Part shown: one piece after another, positions 49,359 to 61,220 of the stretch
How the letters are laid out: every line of letters starts with the position of its first letter
How positions within the stretch are numbered: position 1 is the stretch's first letter
Source of the DNA: Hypanus sabinus
Lineage: Eukaryota
Assembly: GCF_030144855.1 (NCBI RefSeq)
Contig: NC_082708.1
Coordinates: forward strand, 17,794,001-17,858,000
Reading direction: 5' to 3'
Length of the DNA stretch: 64,000 nt
The notes under the pieces: model-generated
What the model was told of the DNA's origin: nothing
The model's database searches: none
Seen by the model: the letters and a program-made list of their open reading frames with translations, nothing else
Position numbers and translations under genes: made by a program

Positions 49359-50949
49359 ACTGTTTGTAAAAAAGGCACAACAAATACTCTTCTTCCTCAG
49401 AAAGCTGGAACAGGCCAAACTCTCACAAAAGCTGTTGCTTAACTTCAACAGAAGCACAATTGAAACCATCCTGACCAACAGTGCCACAGTGTGGTATGCC
49501 AGCTGCACAGCCGCTGAGCGATAAGACCTGCATCGCGTGGTAAAGGCAGCCCAGCAAATTGTCAGGATGGAGCTCCCAGGACTGGACATCATCTATTCCA
49601 GCAGACTCAGGAGGAAAGCAATCAGCATAACCAGAGACACCACACACCCCGGCCACTCCCTGTTTGACCCGCTGCCATCCAGCAAAGGGTTCAGGACACT
49701 AAAAACCAGAACAAATAGACTCAGGAGCAGCTTCCTGTGAAGACCTGTGGCCTCCATCACACCACTCCCACAGAACAATGACTGAAACTGTGAGCACACA
49801 CAAGGACTCAAATACTTGCACTAACGGCACTTTGTGCATTACTGTGATATTCTGGTGCTGCTGCAACTTATTTTCTGCTACTTATTTATTTAATACTGTT
49901 ATTCTATTACTGTCTTGTTTTTATCTACTGCTTTATTTAATTGCCTGAGAGGAAGCCAAGCAGAGTTTCATTGTATCTATGTATAATGACAATAAAGATT
50001 TCATTCATTCATTCGTTCAGATCATAACCAACCTCAGGTTCTCTGATGACGTTGATGGGCCGGCAGGAAGTGAGGATGAACTGGCCTGCCCTGTGAACTG
50101 TCTGGATGATACATCTACCAGAAATGGCATAAACATCAGTGCAGAGAAAACCAAACTGATGAGCAACAGTGAGGAGCCAATCACAACAGAAATCACAGTC
50201 AGTGGACAAGAACTAGAGACTGTCAAATGGTTCAAACATCTTGGCACCATCATCAACCAAGAAGGACCAAAGCCCAAAGTCCTTGCAGTGACAGCTCAAA
50301 CAACAGCAGCACTGGCTAAAACCAATCTGGAGAGACAATAACATCACTCTCAGGTCCTGCATGCTCTTGTGCTCTCCATCCTCTTGTCTACATGCAAATC
50401 ATGGACTTTGACGGCAGAACTGCAAAAGAAAATTCAGGCAGTAGAAGTGAGATGCTTCAGAAGGCTCGTCAGCATCTCCTGTACAGATCTTGTCTCAAAC
50501 GACAATGTGCATAGAACCAAAACCCGGTACGTGAGATACTACGCATACCTGCTCTCCACAGTAAAGAAGAGGAAACTGAGAAGGTACGGCCACATAACAA
50601 GATCAAAAGTACTCTCAAAGACCATTCTTCAGATTACAGTGCAAGGGAAAAGACACAGGGGCAGATAAAGGAAGAAGTGAACTGACAACATCGCAGAACG
50701 GACTGGAGAGAGCTTTGCCGTAACCCAGGCACTCGCCCACAATCGTGAGAGGTGGAGGCTACCGGTGCAGCACTCACCTGTACAGCACCCTAAGACCTAG
50801 GTGGAGAGCGGGATCCATACCGGTAGCCGCAACGTGATCACCGGCACTGTAATACCATAACTCCAACTGAAGTTTGGCAACACAAATTGTGTTTCGTGTT
50901 TACAATTTTAGAACAATGACTACACTTTAGAAGTTCACAATGCATGACA

Positions 50950-51210
50950 CAGGTTCAATTCCCACCACTGCCTGTAAGGAAATTGTAACTTCTCCCCATG
51001 GGTTTCCTTGGGGTGCTCCCAATTTAACCCCAGCCTAATCACAGGACAATTAACAATGACCAATTAACCTACTAACTGGTACATCATTGGACTGTAGGAG
51101 GAAGCTGGAACATTGGGAGGACGTACAGACTCCTTACCGATGATGTTGGAAATGAACTCTGAACTTGACTCCCCAAGCTGCACTAGTGTCACTGTGCTAC
51201 CATGGCACCT
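50950..51210. mobile_element. Two V-SINE fragments in opposite orientation
   Basis: Plus ggttcaattccc..gggtttccttggggtgctcc abutting minus cagcctaatcacaggacaat..gtgctaccatggcacc. Confidence 0.65.
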
Positions 51211-51577
51211 GCGTACTTGTGCATATAATAATAAACTCAACTTTGACTTTTATTTGTCTAATCTTACTACAAGACAAACCACCCATCATGGTGTTCTATG
51301 ATGTATGATTGCAAGTAATTACAGCCAGCCCTTCATGCAAATGTAGTTATGGATGATAAATCACAGACTAGCCAATGACACAGTCTATAAAAAACTTAAA
51401 AGAACAGACAAGGCTATTTGAACCTTGGAAATTTCATCACTTACCAAATGGAAGTAGAAGACGCTATAAGTTATATAAGGTATTATTTGTACAGAAAAGT
51501 TACAGAAATACTTGACCTTGACATTTACAATATCCCCATCTTATGGCAGAGAAAGCAAATAGCATAAGCAGGATATA

Positions 51578-52073
51578 CTATCCTATGCAAAAGCCTCAGG
51601 CACTTATATATAGCTAGTGTGCTTAAGACTTTGCACAGTACCTTGTTTGACAACATGGAGTGTAGAGCAAATTTGTAAATCTGGGGGAAAGGGTCTGGGG
51701 AAGGTGGCACAGAAGGAGAGTCAGGGTGTGTGGCACGAGTGCAGACACACCCAGCCCTGAGACTCCAGGCAAGGACATTTGATTCCAAACAATTGGTTTA
51801 TTGATCATTACAGAATGTCTCTCAGGTGCTTCCTGCTCCCTCCCCTCTCCTATCTGCTTTTCCCAACCATGACTCCCCTCTCCCTGCCCCCTTTCCACTC
51901 TCAGTTCACAATAGAGGCCTGTATCAGAATCAGGTTTATTATCACTCATACATGTTATGATTATTTTTGTCGCAGCAGTACAGTACAATACATAAAATTA
52001 CTACAGTATTGGTGAAAGTCAGGCACCTGAGCTAAATATATATAAATGTGCCTTAGAATTTTACACAGTACAG
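51578..52073 (-). mobile_element. Composite MITE cargo family 1, complete
   Basis: Reverse complement of 14950-15428: two mini-palindromes, same cargo, TA flanks. Confidence 0.82.
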
Positions 52074-52530
52074 TAAATTGATAAATTCATTAGTTAATGG
52101 ATCATTCTGGTTTTACATTAATAAATAAAAATTCCTATAAACACAAAAATGGATGTAAGAGTATGTTATTTTTGCCCCTTGTGCCTTCTCTGTTATTCTT
52201 TAAGATCTTTTATCTCAGTACCATATTCAGCACTAACCCCATGTTCCCTAATTCCTGAACATACTTGCAACTAAATCCCTTCACCCTCCCAGGATACAGA
52301 ATTCTGAAATTTCCCTGATCCCTGTTTCTGAATATATAAACCAATGGAAACATTGTCACTGCTCCTGCTCTTGTAAGTCCTATGTTACTTATCTTCAGCA
52401 TTTTCATATGATCTTCAAAAGTCAAAAGTCTATATATCCACCATCCCGGAAGTAAAGTGCGGAATGTACTTGCATCTATCATTTATATATTTTAATTTCA
52501 ATAAGGAGACCATTCCTGTGCACAATAGAT

Positions 52531-52597
52531 CAAGGGTTCTGAACCTGGGGTCCATGGACCACCTGCTTAATGGCATTGGTCCATGGCATAAAAAAGG
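52531..52597 (+). mobile_element. Tiny hAT MITE sharing ends with 111-2956
   Basis: caagggttctgaacctggggtccatggacc...ggtccatggcataaaaaagg; the right TIR tip is lost. Confidence 0.65.
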
Positions 52598-52854
52598 ACT
52601 CTGGATAGAACGGGTACATTTAAAGTGGAGGTTAAGAGGTGGGGGAGAAGGCAGGAGAATGGGTTGAGAGGGATAATAAAAAAAACAGCCATGATCGAAT
52701 GGAGGAGCAGACTCGATGAGCAGACATGATGGGTCCAATTCTGCTTTTACGGTCTTAGGATCTTCTCACCAAGATTCTACATGATTTTATTCTTGCATTG
52801 AAAATTATCCTGCAAGGGAGGGCAAATTATTTTTTAAGTCTGGAGACATGACAC

Positions 52855-53095
52855 CACAGAAGCTGTAATCCAGAGCAAAAAAAAACTGTTGGAGGAGCTC
52901 AATGGGTCAGGCAGCATCTGTGGAGGGAAATGGACAGTTAATGATTTTGGGTTGACACCTCTCTTTTGACTTTATCCTCAAGTGAAAAGTAACTTGTTTA
53001 CTCTCAGCTCTGATGAAGAGCCTTCAATGTGAGGCATTAACTCTGTTTCTCTTTTAGCAGATGCCACCTCACACGTTTCCAACATTTTCTTTTTT
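52855..53095. mobile_element. Old palindromic Penelope-derived element
   Basis: ggaggagctcaatgggtcaggcagcatctgtgg arm, plus an opposite arm beginning ctgatgaagag. Confidence 0.55.
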
Positions 53096-53214
53096 GTTTA
53101 CTATACCTCAGTGCTTAGACCTGCAGGGATCATTTTATGATCTAACGAAACTATTATCAGCAAGGTAGACATTCAATGTCTGTCCAGTACTTACGATGCT
53201 GAGATACTTTCTAG

Positions 53215-53620
53215 TATGGGCTGGGACGCATGATGTAATCTGGTTTTTCAACATCAAACACCCACGAGACCCAACCAGGGTTGATCAGGCCCTAGATTAT
53301 GTTCCATCAGCAATGGTCCATGAGTCGCACCTCATGATCCATAGCCATCTGGAGACAAGCTCAGCAGCCTCTGAGATTGTCCTGATGGCTCTTTTCTTTG
53401 CAGCCCCCATAGTGCCAAGGGAAGAGTAGGTTCTGCACAGTGAGCAGCCAGCAAAACCTCTAACCCCACCTCTATAGGCTCACACCATGCCCTCCACCTT
53501 ACTCTGGCACTGCTCTACCAGCTCCTGGCGTCTGGCTTTCTTGCACTCAAATGCCTCCTCAATCTGGTCTTCCCAAGGAACTGTCGGTTTTACCATGGCT
53601 ACCTGCTTCGAGGCAAACTA
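53215..53620 (-). mobile_element. Hero-clade non-LTR retrotransposon 3' end (restriction-like endonuclease)
   Basis: Manual translation across frameshifts gives SKQVAMVKPTVPWEDQIEEAFECKK...PIEVG.RGFAG.SLCR..LG..GAAKKRAIR.ISEAAE..SRWLW. Confidence 0.8.
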
Positions 53621-53884
53621 TGTCAGATTAATGTGATCTAGCAACACACCATAAATCAGCATGTCAACATATTCCAGTAGAGTTGGAAAGTGTCCAGCAG
53701 TTATTTGCAAATCTTGTTCATACAGTGTCAGTATATTTGAGTGCAAAGTACAAGAGAGCACAAAAGAGAAATGAGTCTTCTCCTGCTGAAATTGAACTGA
53801 TCGTTCAAGTTGATAAGGATGGACTCTTCGGAATACCTGGTTCATGAATGTTCAGACTAGTGAAGAGGCGAGTGATGCCCTTCA

Positions 53885-54338
53885 CCCACTTTCTAACCAC
53901 ATTCTACCGGAGCACCATTGAGGTTGCCCTAACCAGCAGTACCACCTTGCAAGAACCTCTCCCATCCATCCTGTGATCTCTTTGACCCTTTACTGTCAGG
54001 CAGCAGGTACCATAGTATAAGAACAAGGGTTGTCAAGCTGGGTAACAGCTTCTTCCCCCCAGGCTGTGAGAGTTCTGAATGCCCTGCTACCACCCAGTAC
54101 CCGTTATTTATGACAGCGCCAGTAGCAGTATACTGTTGTATATTTAACTAGATGTCATATATGCACCTTATGTTAACTTGGCACTTCAACAAAGTATTTT
54201 AACTATGTGTTAATATTATTTTATGTGCTGTATGTGATATATGTACTATGATTTGCATTGTCACAGAGGAATATTGTTTCGTTTAGCTGTATTCATGTGT
54301 ACGGTTGAATGACAATGAAAATGAACTTGAACTTGAAG
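53885..54338 (+). mobile_element. Rex1/Babar 3' end
   Basis: TTFYRSTIE, LFDP.LSG.RY and NSFFP motifs; (gaactt)n tail. Confidence 0.7.
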
Positions 54339-54844
54339 CCTTCAGGATGACATCGAGAACTTTAGGGCCTTCATGAGGAGTATGAGGAAGCTAATCTCAG
54401 AAACAACCCAGATCTCCTTCAATTCGCCTATTGCCACAATAGGACTACAGCAGATGCTATTTCAGTGGCTCCTCAGTCTTTTATGGAACATTTGGACAAC
54501 AGCCATGCATGTATCAACTACAGATCAGTGTTCGCCACAATCACCCCGTCCAAACTTAACACCAAGCTCTGAGATCTATGAAGCTCCAGAGATACTGGCT
54601 GACCTGTTGAGTCCTACAACATTTTGTGTGTGTTACTCTGGATTTCCAGCATCTGCAGAAACTCTTGTTTCCAAGACTAAAGGTTCTGTACTTCACTTTA
54701 TAACTAATTTTTGTCTTGCTCATTGGCAGACCTGACAGTATGGATTGGTAACATCTCCCCCTCATTGTCCACATCTGCTGCTCTGCTCTCTTTACAGCCA
54801 CAACTATGTGGCTTAACACAGCTCCAATACTATCTATAAATCTC

Positions 54845-55880
54845 AGAGTCAGAATCAGGCTTATTATCACCAGTATGTGATGTGAAATTTGTTAACTTAG
54901 GAGCAGCAGTTCAATGCAATACATAATATAGAAGAAAAATAACAATAATAATAAAGAAACAAGTAAATCTTAATCAGAATACTTTATACAGTATAAATAT
55001 ATTGAATAGATTAAAAATTGTGCGATAAACAGAAGTACTAAATATTAAAAAACTGTGAGGTAGTGTTCAAGGGTTCAATGTCCATTTAGGAAACGGATGG
55101 CAGAGGGGAAGAAGCTGTTCCTGAATCGCTGAGTGTGTGCCTTCAGGCTTCTGTATCTCCTACCTGATGGTAACAGTGAGAAAAGGGCATGTCCTGGGTG
55201 CTGGAGATCCTTAATAATGGATGCTGCCTTTCTGAGACACCCCTCCTTGAAGATGTCCTGGGTACTTTGTAGGCTAGTACCAAAGTTGGAGCTGACTAAA
55301 TTTACAACCCTCTACCAGGCATCGATGCAGCCTGTCAGAATGCTCTCCACCGTACATCTGTAGAAGCTTTTGAGTATACTTGTTGACATACCAAATGTCT
55401 TCAAACTCCTAATAAAGTATAGCCACTGTCTTCCTTCCTTATAATTGCATCAATATGTTGGAACCAGGTTAGATCCTCAGAGATCTTGAAATGCCAGGAA
55501 CTTGAAACTGCTCACTCTCTCCACTTATGATCCCTCTATGAGGCTTGGTATGTTTTCCTTCGTCTTACCCTTCCTGAAGTCCACAATCAGCTCTTTCATC
55601 TTACTGACGGTGAGTGCCAGGTTGTTTCTGCGGCACCACTCCACTAGTTGGCATATCTCACTCCTGTACGCCCTCCCGTCACCACCTGAGATTCTACCAA
55701 CAACGGTGGTATTGTCAGCAAATTTGTAGATGATATTTGAGCTATGCCTAGCCACACAGTCATGGGCATACAGAGAGTCGAGCAGTGGACTGAGCATACA
55801 CCCCGGAGGTGCACCAGTATAGATTGTAAACAAGATGTTATCACCAATCCACACAGATTGTGGTTTTCTGGTGAGGAAGT
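54845..55880 (-). mobile_element. Rex1/Babar 3' half
   Basis: ORF 55525-55854 TGAPPGCMLSPLL..YKFADNTT; 3' UTR close to that of 38459-40620. Confidence 0.9.
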
Positions 55881-56167
55881 CAATATTGGCAAATGGTGAT
55901 ATTTGCCGATAATATCACCATTTCTGAATGATTCATGGGTGGTGATGATTCAGCATACAGGAGTGAGTTACAAAATCTGGTTGAGAGATGCCATTATAAC
56001 ACCCTCATTTTTAGTATCAACAAAATCAAGGAACCAATTGTTGACTTAGTAAGAGAATTTGAGAGACTACATGCCAGTTCTCATTGGTGTATCGTAGATG
56101 GGGAAAGTAAGTAGTTCCAAATTCCAGGTCATTATCATCTTGGATGACCTGTCCTGGGCCCAGCACA

Positions 56168-56549
56168 CATGATGTTGCGTAAATGTCTAAGGCACATACA
56201 TATAGCTAGGTCGCCTAAGACTTTTGCACAGAACTCTATCTACTAAATGTTTACTAATATTAACAAAAACTTAAGACTCACAGATATTGCTGTTTCAAGG
56301 GCAAATTAAGAGAGGATGGAGATGGCTGTCTTTCCATCATGTGCTTCAAAATGAAATCCAAATTAACACATGCAGAAAATGATATAAAAAAGCAGCTCAC
56401 AGTACTGATTCAAAGATTCAAAGTGCATTTATTACCAAATTATGTATACAGACTACAGCTCTGAGATTCAGCCTCCCACAGGCAGTACTGCGCAAAAGTC
56501 TTAGGCACCCTAGCTATATCCATGTGCCTTAGGTTTTTGCCCACTAATG
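56168..56549. mobile_element. Composite MITE, cargo family 2
   Basis: The same mini-palindromes (56168-56238, 56483-56549) flank an unrelated ~245-bp cargo; it interrupts Rex1 WAQH/DAIMKKA. Confidence 0.72.
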
Positions 56550-57066
56550 GAGATGCAATAATGAAGAAAGCGTGCCAATGCCTCTATTTCCTTTCAAGCT
56601 TAAGGAGATCTGGTACATCACCAAATACACCAACAATCTTCTATAGACACACTGTTGAAATTATCCTGGCTGGTTGCATCATGATTTTGTATGACATTTC
56701 AAATGCACAGGAATGTAAAAGGCCACAGAGAGTAGTGGGCACAGCCCAGTTCATCACTGGCACAGTGCTCCCCACCAAAGATGCCATCTACAGGAGATGC
56801 TGCTTCAACAAGGCAGCGAGAATCATCAAGGCTGCCCAGCATTTGGGTCATGGATTCTTCTCACACCTATGGTCAGGCAGGAGATGCAGAAGCATGAAAG
56901 CTCACACCACCAAGTTGAGGAACAGTTACTCCCCTACAATGATCAGGCTGTTGAACCAAATTGCATCAGTCCTAATCCTACCTCAGCAAAGGAATGTTAT
57001 TGAGCACCTCTTGCACTACTCTGGATTTGTGTCTGATTATGTTTTTTTTTGCACTAATGACTTGTC

Positions 57067-57443
57067 GAGTAGATGGAGCTCGTCAGCCTGGGAAGGCAGT
57101 CCATCTAAGAGAGGGAAAACTCTGATTTCAAACCTCCGCTGCCTTGCGGCCATACCCACTCATGGGAAAGGCTTCGGGAGTAAACCCTGAGGACAAATCC
57201 GGAGCTGGAGTCCCTAAGGCAGTCCCACGTTGCCTTCAACCACATTCTGGCAACTCCTGCGACGACACTGATGCCAAGCTGTATCGGCCCTTGCCCTTCC
57301 CTTGGACAACATCAGTGGTATGGAGAGGGGAGACTTGCTGCATGGGCAACTGCCGGACTCCCATACAATCCTGCCCAGGATTTTTGCCCTGGAAACCATT
57401 CCAGGCAAAAATCCATGGTCTCATGAGACCAACGGATGCCACC
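57067..57443 (+). mobile_element. Short non-autonomous non-LTR element (RTE/Vingi-like head)
   Basis: 377 bp between a perfect 11-bp TSD aatgacttgtc (57056-57066, 57444-57454). No ORF; CpG retained. Confidence 0.7.
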
Positions 57444-57864
57444 AATGACTTGTCTGGCATTGTATACTTCTGTTCTCTTCTCATATCATTTATGACTAAA
57501 TTATGCATTACATGTTTAATTTATGTATACTTTATATTGTGTGTGTTGTCTGAATCTACAAGCCTGTGATGCTGCAACAAGCAAGATTTTCATTGTATCT
57601 GCACCTCACCATACTTGTGCGCTTGACAATAAAGTTGACCAGACTACCATCCTGTTATCCCGTCAGGCACCTCCTACCCCAATAGGATAGTCTTTAGGTC
57701 TGCCATTTTGGCCCCATAAATTACCTCCTAAACAACAGATCTGGGGGGAGCAAGCCATTTTTAATCCTAAGTAACTACACTCTTTTTTGTTTTATCTTGT
57801 TCTACCTCAATGCACTGTTGTAATGAATGATCTGCATTTATGGGTTGCAAGACAAGTTTTCCAC

Positions 57865-59830
57865 TCTAGTAGTTAGTAGTTACTGCAGTTACGCCACTGG
57901 CATTTGCAGCAATGAAGGTCCTCCATCTCTGTCTGTCCTTGGCCATCTTATTCTATTACATTCCAAGTGTGGTTCAGGGGCCTCATTTCTGCCTCTATGC
58001 TGCGGCGCCAAGTTGTCTTTGGTCTCCTGCACTTTTTCCCCTCCCTCGGGGGTCCAATGAAGCTCTGTCTTGATGGTAGAGTCGACCTCTCTTTTCATCG
58101 TGTGTCCAATCCATCACCAAAGTTTCTTCATGATGATTGTGCCCATGTCCTCTTGGTGGCTCTGAAAGAGTAGGGCATGGCTGGAGATCTTCTGAAGGCA
58201 CATGGTGTGGAATGGCAACTGCTTGGCAAAGTTGTTCTCTGTCATTCTGACCCGTACTATAGTGTGAACAGACAGACAGACAGACATGCTGTATTGATCC
58301 TGAGGGTAATGGGGTTTCGTTACAGTCACACCAACCAAGAATGGTGTAGAAATATAGCAATATAAAACCATAAATAATTAAATAATAATAGGTAAATTAT
58401 GCCAAGTGGAAATAAGTCCAGGAGCAGCCTATTGGCTCAGGGTGTCTGACACTCCGAGGGAGGAGTTGTAAAGTTTGATGGCCACAGGCAGGGATGACTT
58501 CCTATGACGCTCAGTCTATGACACAGCTCTACTAAAGATTCACCTGTGTGGACACTGTTTTTGGTTGATCCCCGTATGTTACTCACTGATCTGAAGACGT
58601 TTCTAGATTTGCTGCATCTGCACTGGATGCTGTCCTTGGTCCCACCATCCTGCCGAGTGATTGCTGCCCAAGTAGGCGAATCTGCCACTGCTGGCCAAGT
58701 CGATGCCATGTGTTTGATGGGAGGAGGAGACTCGACCTTGAGGGTTATGGTCTCAGTCTTTCTCTGGCTGACCATGAGTCCAACCTGTCCACCAAAAGTA
58801 CCCAGGTGCTAAAATTTCTCTTCCACGTGCTGCTCTGTATGTGATAGTAATGGAAGGTCATCCTCAAAGTCAGGGTCTTCTAAAGTGGAGAATAGAGTCC
58901 AACTATTGCCTCTCAGCTTATCTTTCACGGTTTGCTTCATGACCCAGTCAATAACCAGGTTAATTAATACTGCAGACATCACACGGCCTTGCCTGACTCC
59001 TGTCTCCAAATTTGAGGAAGGACATTCTTGCTATTGAGGGAGCGCAGCGTAGGTTCACAAAGTTAATTCCCGGGATGGCAGGACTGTCATATGTTGAAAG
59101 ATTGGAGCGACTGGGCTTGTCTACACTGGAACTTAGAAGGATGAGAGGGGATCTGATTGAAACATATAAGATTTTTAAGGGGTTGGACACGCTAGAGGCA
59201 GGAACCATGTTCCTGATGTTGGGGGAGTCCAGAACCAGAGGCCACAGTTTAAGAATAAGAGGTAGGCCATTTAGAACAGAGTTGAGGAAAAACTTTTTCA
59301 CCCAGAGAGTGGTGGATATGTGGAATGCTCTGCCTCAGAAGGCAGTGGAGGCCAATTCGCTGGATGCTTTCAAGAGAGAGTTAGATAGAGCTCTTATAGA
59401 TAATGGGGTCAAGGGATATGGGGAGAGGGCAGGAACGGGGTACTGATTGTGGATGATCAGCCATGATCACAGTGAATGGTGGTGCTGGCTCGAAGAGCCA
59501 AATGGTCTACTCCTGCACCTATTGTCTATTGACTTCAAAGCTCAAATTGGGATCCTCAAATATGCAGGTGAAGTTATCATAAAAACTCTGGATGAGCTGG
59601 ACAACTTTGGAAGGAATCCTGTATGATCTGAGAGAACTTGCCAGAGGCTCTCCGGGTGGATGCTATCAAAAGCCTTTTCCAGGTGCACAAAATTTATACA
59701 CATTTGTCTCTGCCACTCTGTGCACTGTCTTGAATGTGATTCTGGAATTGTTGGAGCTAGTGATTTGCCCTTTGGAGATCGATAGGGTGTTTCAGCCCTC
59801 TGCAGTCTCTGAGAGGGGTCCTGGGAGGCA
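57865..59830 (-). mobile_element. RTE-clade LINE, fragmented
   Basis: 59542-59853 (INFV.LEKAFDSIH.ESLW), 58809-59009 (TGVRQG..VIDWVMK..DFEDDL), 57889-58098 (LHWTPEG). Confidence 0.82.
59003..59531 (+). mobile_element. CR1 3' fragment, relatively young
   Basis: Uninterrupted ORF 59012-59446 (QRRFTKLIPG..RGDLIETYKI..RTRGHS..FFTQRVV); (attgtct)n tail. Confidence 0.93.
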
Positions 59831-59849
59831 GAGGCAGTGTGGGTGAATC

Positions 59850-61220
59850 TCATGGCGAGCCGACGTGGGACTCCATTTTGCCAATTAAAGCCACGAGGAA
59901 TCTTGAAACATGGAGGCGAGTGTGAAAGGTGAGGACTAGCTGCCCACCTTTTGACCGCTGGTGGGATCGCTCTGCTACCAAAAGGGAAAGTTCTGCTGCG
60001 GGCTCAGAGAATCTTACCCAGGTTTTCTGCATTTTGGATATGGACTTGGACTACAAATTTTTTTTCATCTTATAATTTTTATTTATATTTGTGTTTTTCG
60101 CCTGAGTTTTCTTGGTTTCTTTTGTGTTTCGCCTGAGTTTTCTTGGTTTCTTTTGTGTGTGCAGGGGAGGAAGATTATTTGGAGGTCACTGTGCCTGTTC
60201 TGTTTATTTTTTGTTTTGTTTTATCTGGGGAGGAGGGATCTGGGGGTTGATGATTGTGCTACTGTTCTTTTCTTTCTTCGTTTCGTGGCTGTCTGTAGAA
60301 GAAGACTTTCAGAGTTGTACGATTTGATAACAAATGAACCTTTGAACCTTTGTCTTATTATGCTATGCAGCATGATCTGGTCGACACAGCCACCACTTCT
60401 ATCAAAGGAGCCACAAAACAAAGAAACCCAATAGAACCCACTTAAAAAAAAAGATAACCAATGAACACCCAATGTGCAGGGAAAAGAAACAAGTTGTGCA
60501 AACAATAAAAGTAAGAAATAATGTTCAGAACTGAATTTCATGAAAGTGACTCCACAGTGATGAAGTCAGTCATTACTGCAGATGACTCAGGAGCCCATTA
60601 GTTATATTGGCCGCAGCCTCAGTTCAGGACATAGATGAGTAAACCTTGCAGAGTAGCAAGCTGATCTGGCCCTGACACCCTTTCCTTTTCAATCTGGCCC
60701 TGCACTTAAATCGTCCAAACCTTGGGTCGTTCCTTGTTCTCGGAGTCAGGCTCTGTCACTTTGATATGCTCTCAGGTCCAGGCCCTGCCATCTCAACTCG
60801 ACCTGTAACTGATCTTCCCATATCAGCCCAGTGCTTAAATCAATTTAATTTTGGATCTTTCCTCGCTGGGCCTGGGCCCTGCTGCCTTGCCTCTTCTCAC
60901 CTGGCCTCAGTTTAACCGCACTGAGTCACCTCTAAGACCGCTCCAGCAATGGTCAAATACCGGCTCATTCCCCACTTTCATACCCGGGCCGAGCTGCCTG
61001 AATTCAGCCCGTTCACGCCATGCTGCAATCGTCTTGCACCTTTGAGACCTCCGTTCTCACCGCAAAAATGCCAGGTTGTATAGGCGGTTCAATAGCTCAA
61101 CTCCAGAAGTGACGTTACAAGCCACTGATTGCAGGGACCATATCCAAGAAAATATGTGATTAATAAAGTAATTATTTGCTTTGTTTGCTGCCCTGAAGTC
61201 ATCGCTGTGCTTCCCCATCT
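59850..61220. repeat. Two unclassified tail-to-tail interspersed repeats with LINE-like tails
   Basis: Plus element ends aaatgaacctttgaacctt (~60350); the opposite-strand element resembles the style of 5700-6540. A 33-bp tandem duplication lies at 60089-60156. Confidence 0.4.

Larger units (their letters stand above)
42265..50014 (+). mobile_element. Rex1/Babar LINE (APE and RT), split by CR1
   Basis: ORF 42443-42925 (AGDFNH, GQSDH) resumes at 48020; ORF 48191-49123 is RT (KFVDDT); (CATT)n tail at 50000-50014. Confidence 0.93.
41493..50831 (+). mobile_element. RTE LINE with inverted 5' segment, split by Rex1
   Basis: Minus 41493-42028 (GKAAGID..NYRT..HVSKVML..WHDALW); plus 42030-42270 (DALWATMK..LFN.FLE.IM); resumes at 50019 (ITNLRFSDD) and in ORF 50369-50668. 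TSD atgtgatcgc/acgtgatcac. Confidence 0.88.
41370..50870 (-). mobile_element. V-SINE split into 41370-41492 and 50832-50870 by the nested insertions
   Basis: V-domain tttggaatgtgggaggaaaccaggg..gggaattgaac on the left; tgatcaccggcactgtaata head on the right. Confidence 0.6.
54370..57645 (+). mobile_element. Old Rex1/Babar element split by several insertions
   Basis: LQFAYCHNR at ~54420, IYK/FAD across 54840/55901, ORF 56522+ (KKACQCLYFL..SGRR.RS), tail near 57630. Confidence 0.75.

Noticed and set aside
53436-53460. V(D)J recombination signal (cacagtg...gcaaaacc)
   Set aside because: The spacer is about 8 nt rather than 12 or 23, it lies within the Hero fragment, and no V or J segment is nearby.
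53640-53846. ~70-codon open frame and a Pbx-Hox-like ccataaatca site
   Set aside because: No splice context or homology that I can recognise; a single motif is insufficient.
56522-57190. 222-aa ORF as a novel chimeric gene
   Set aside because: It is the Rex1 C-terminus reading through its 3' UTR into an inserted element.
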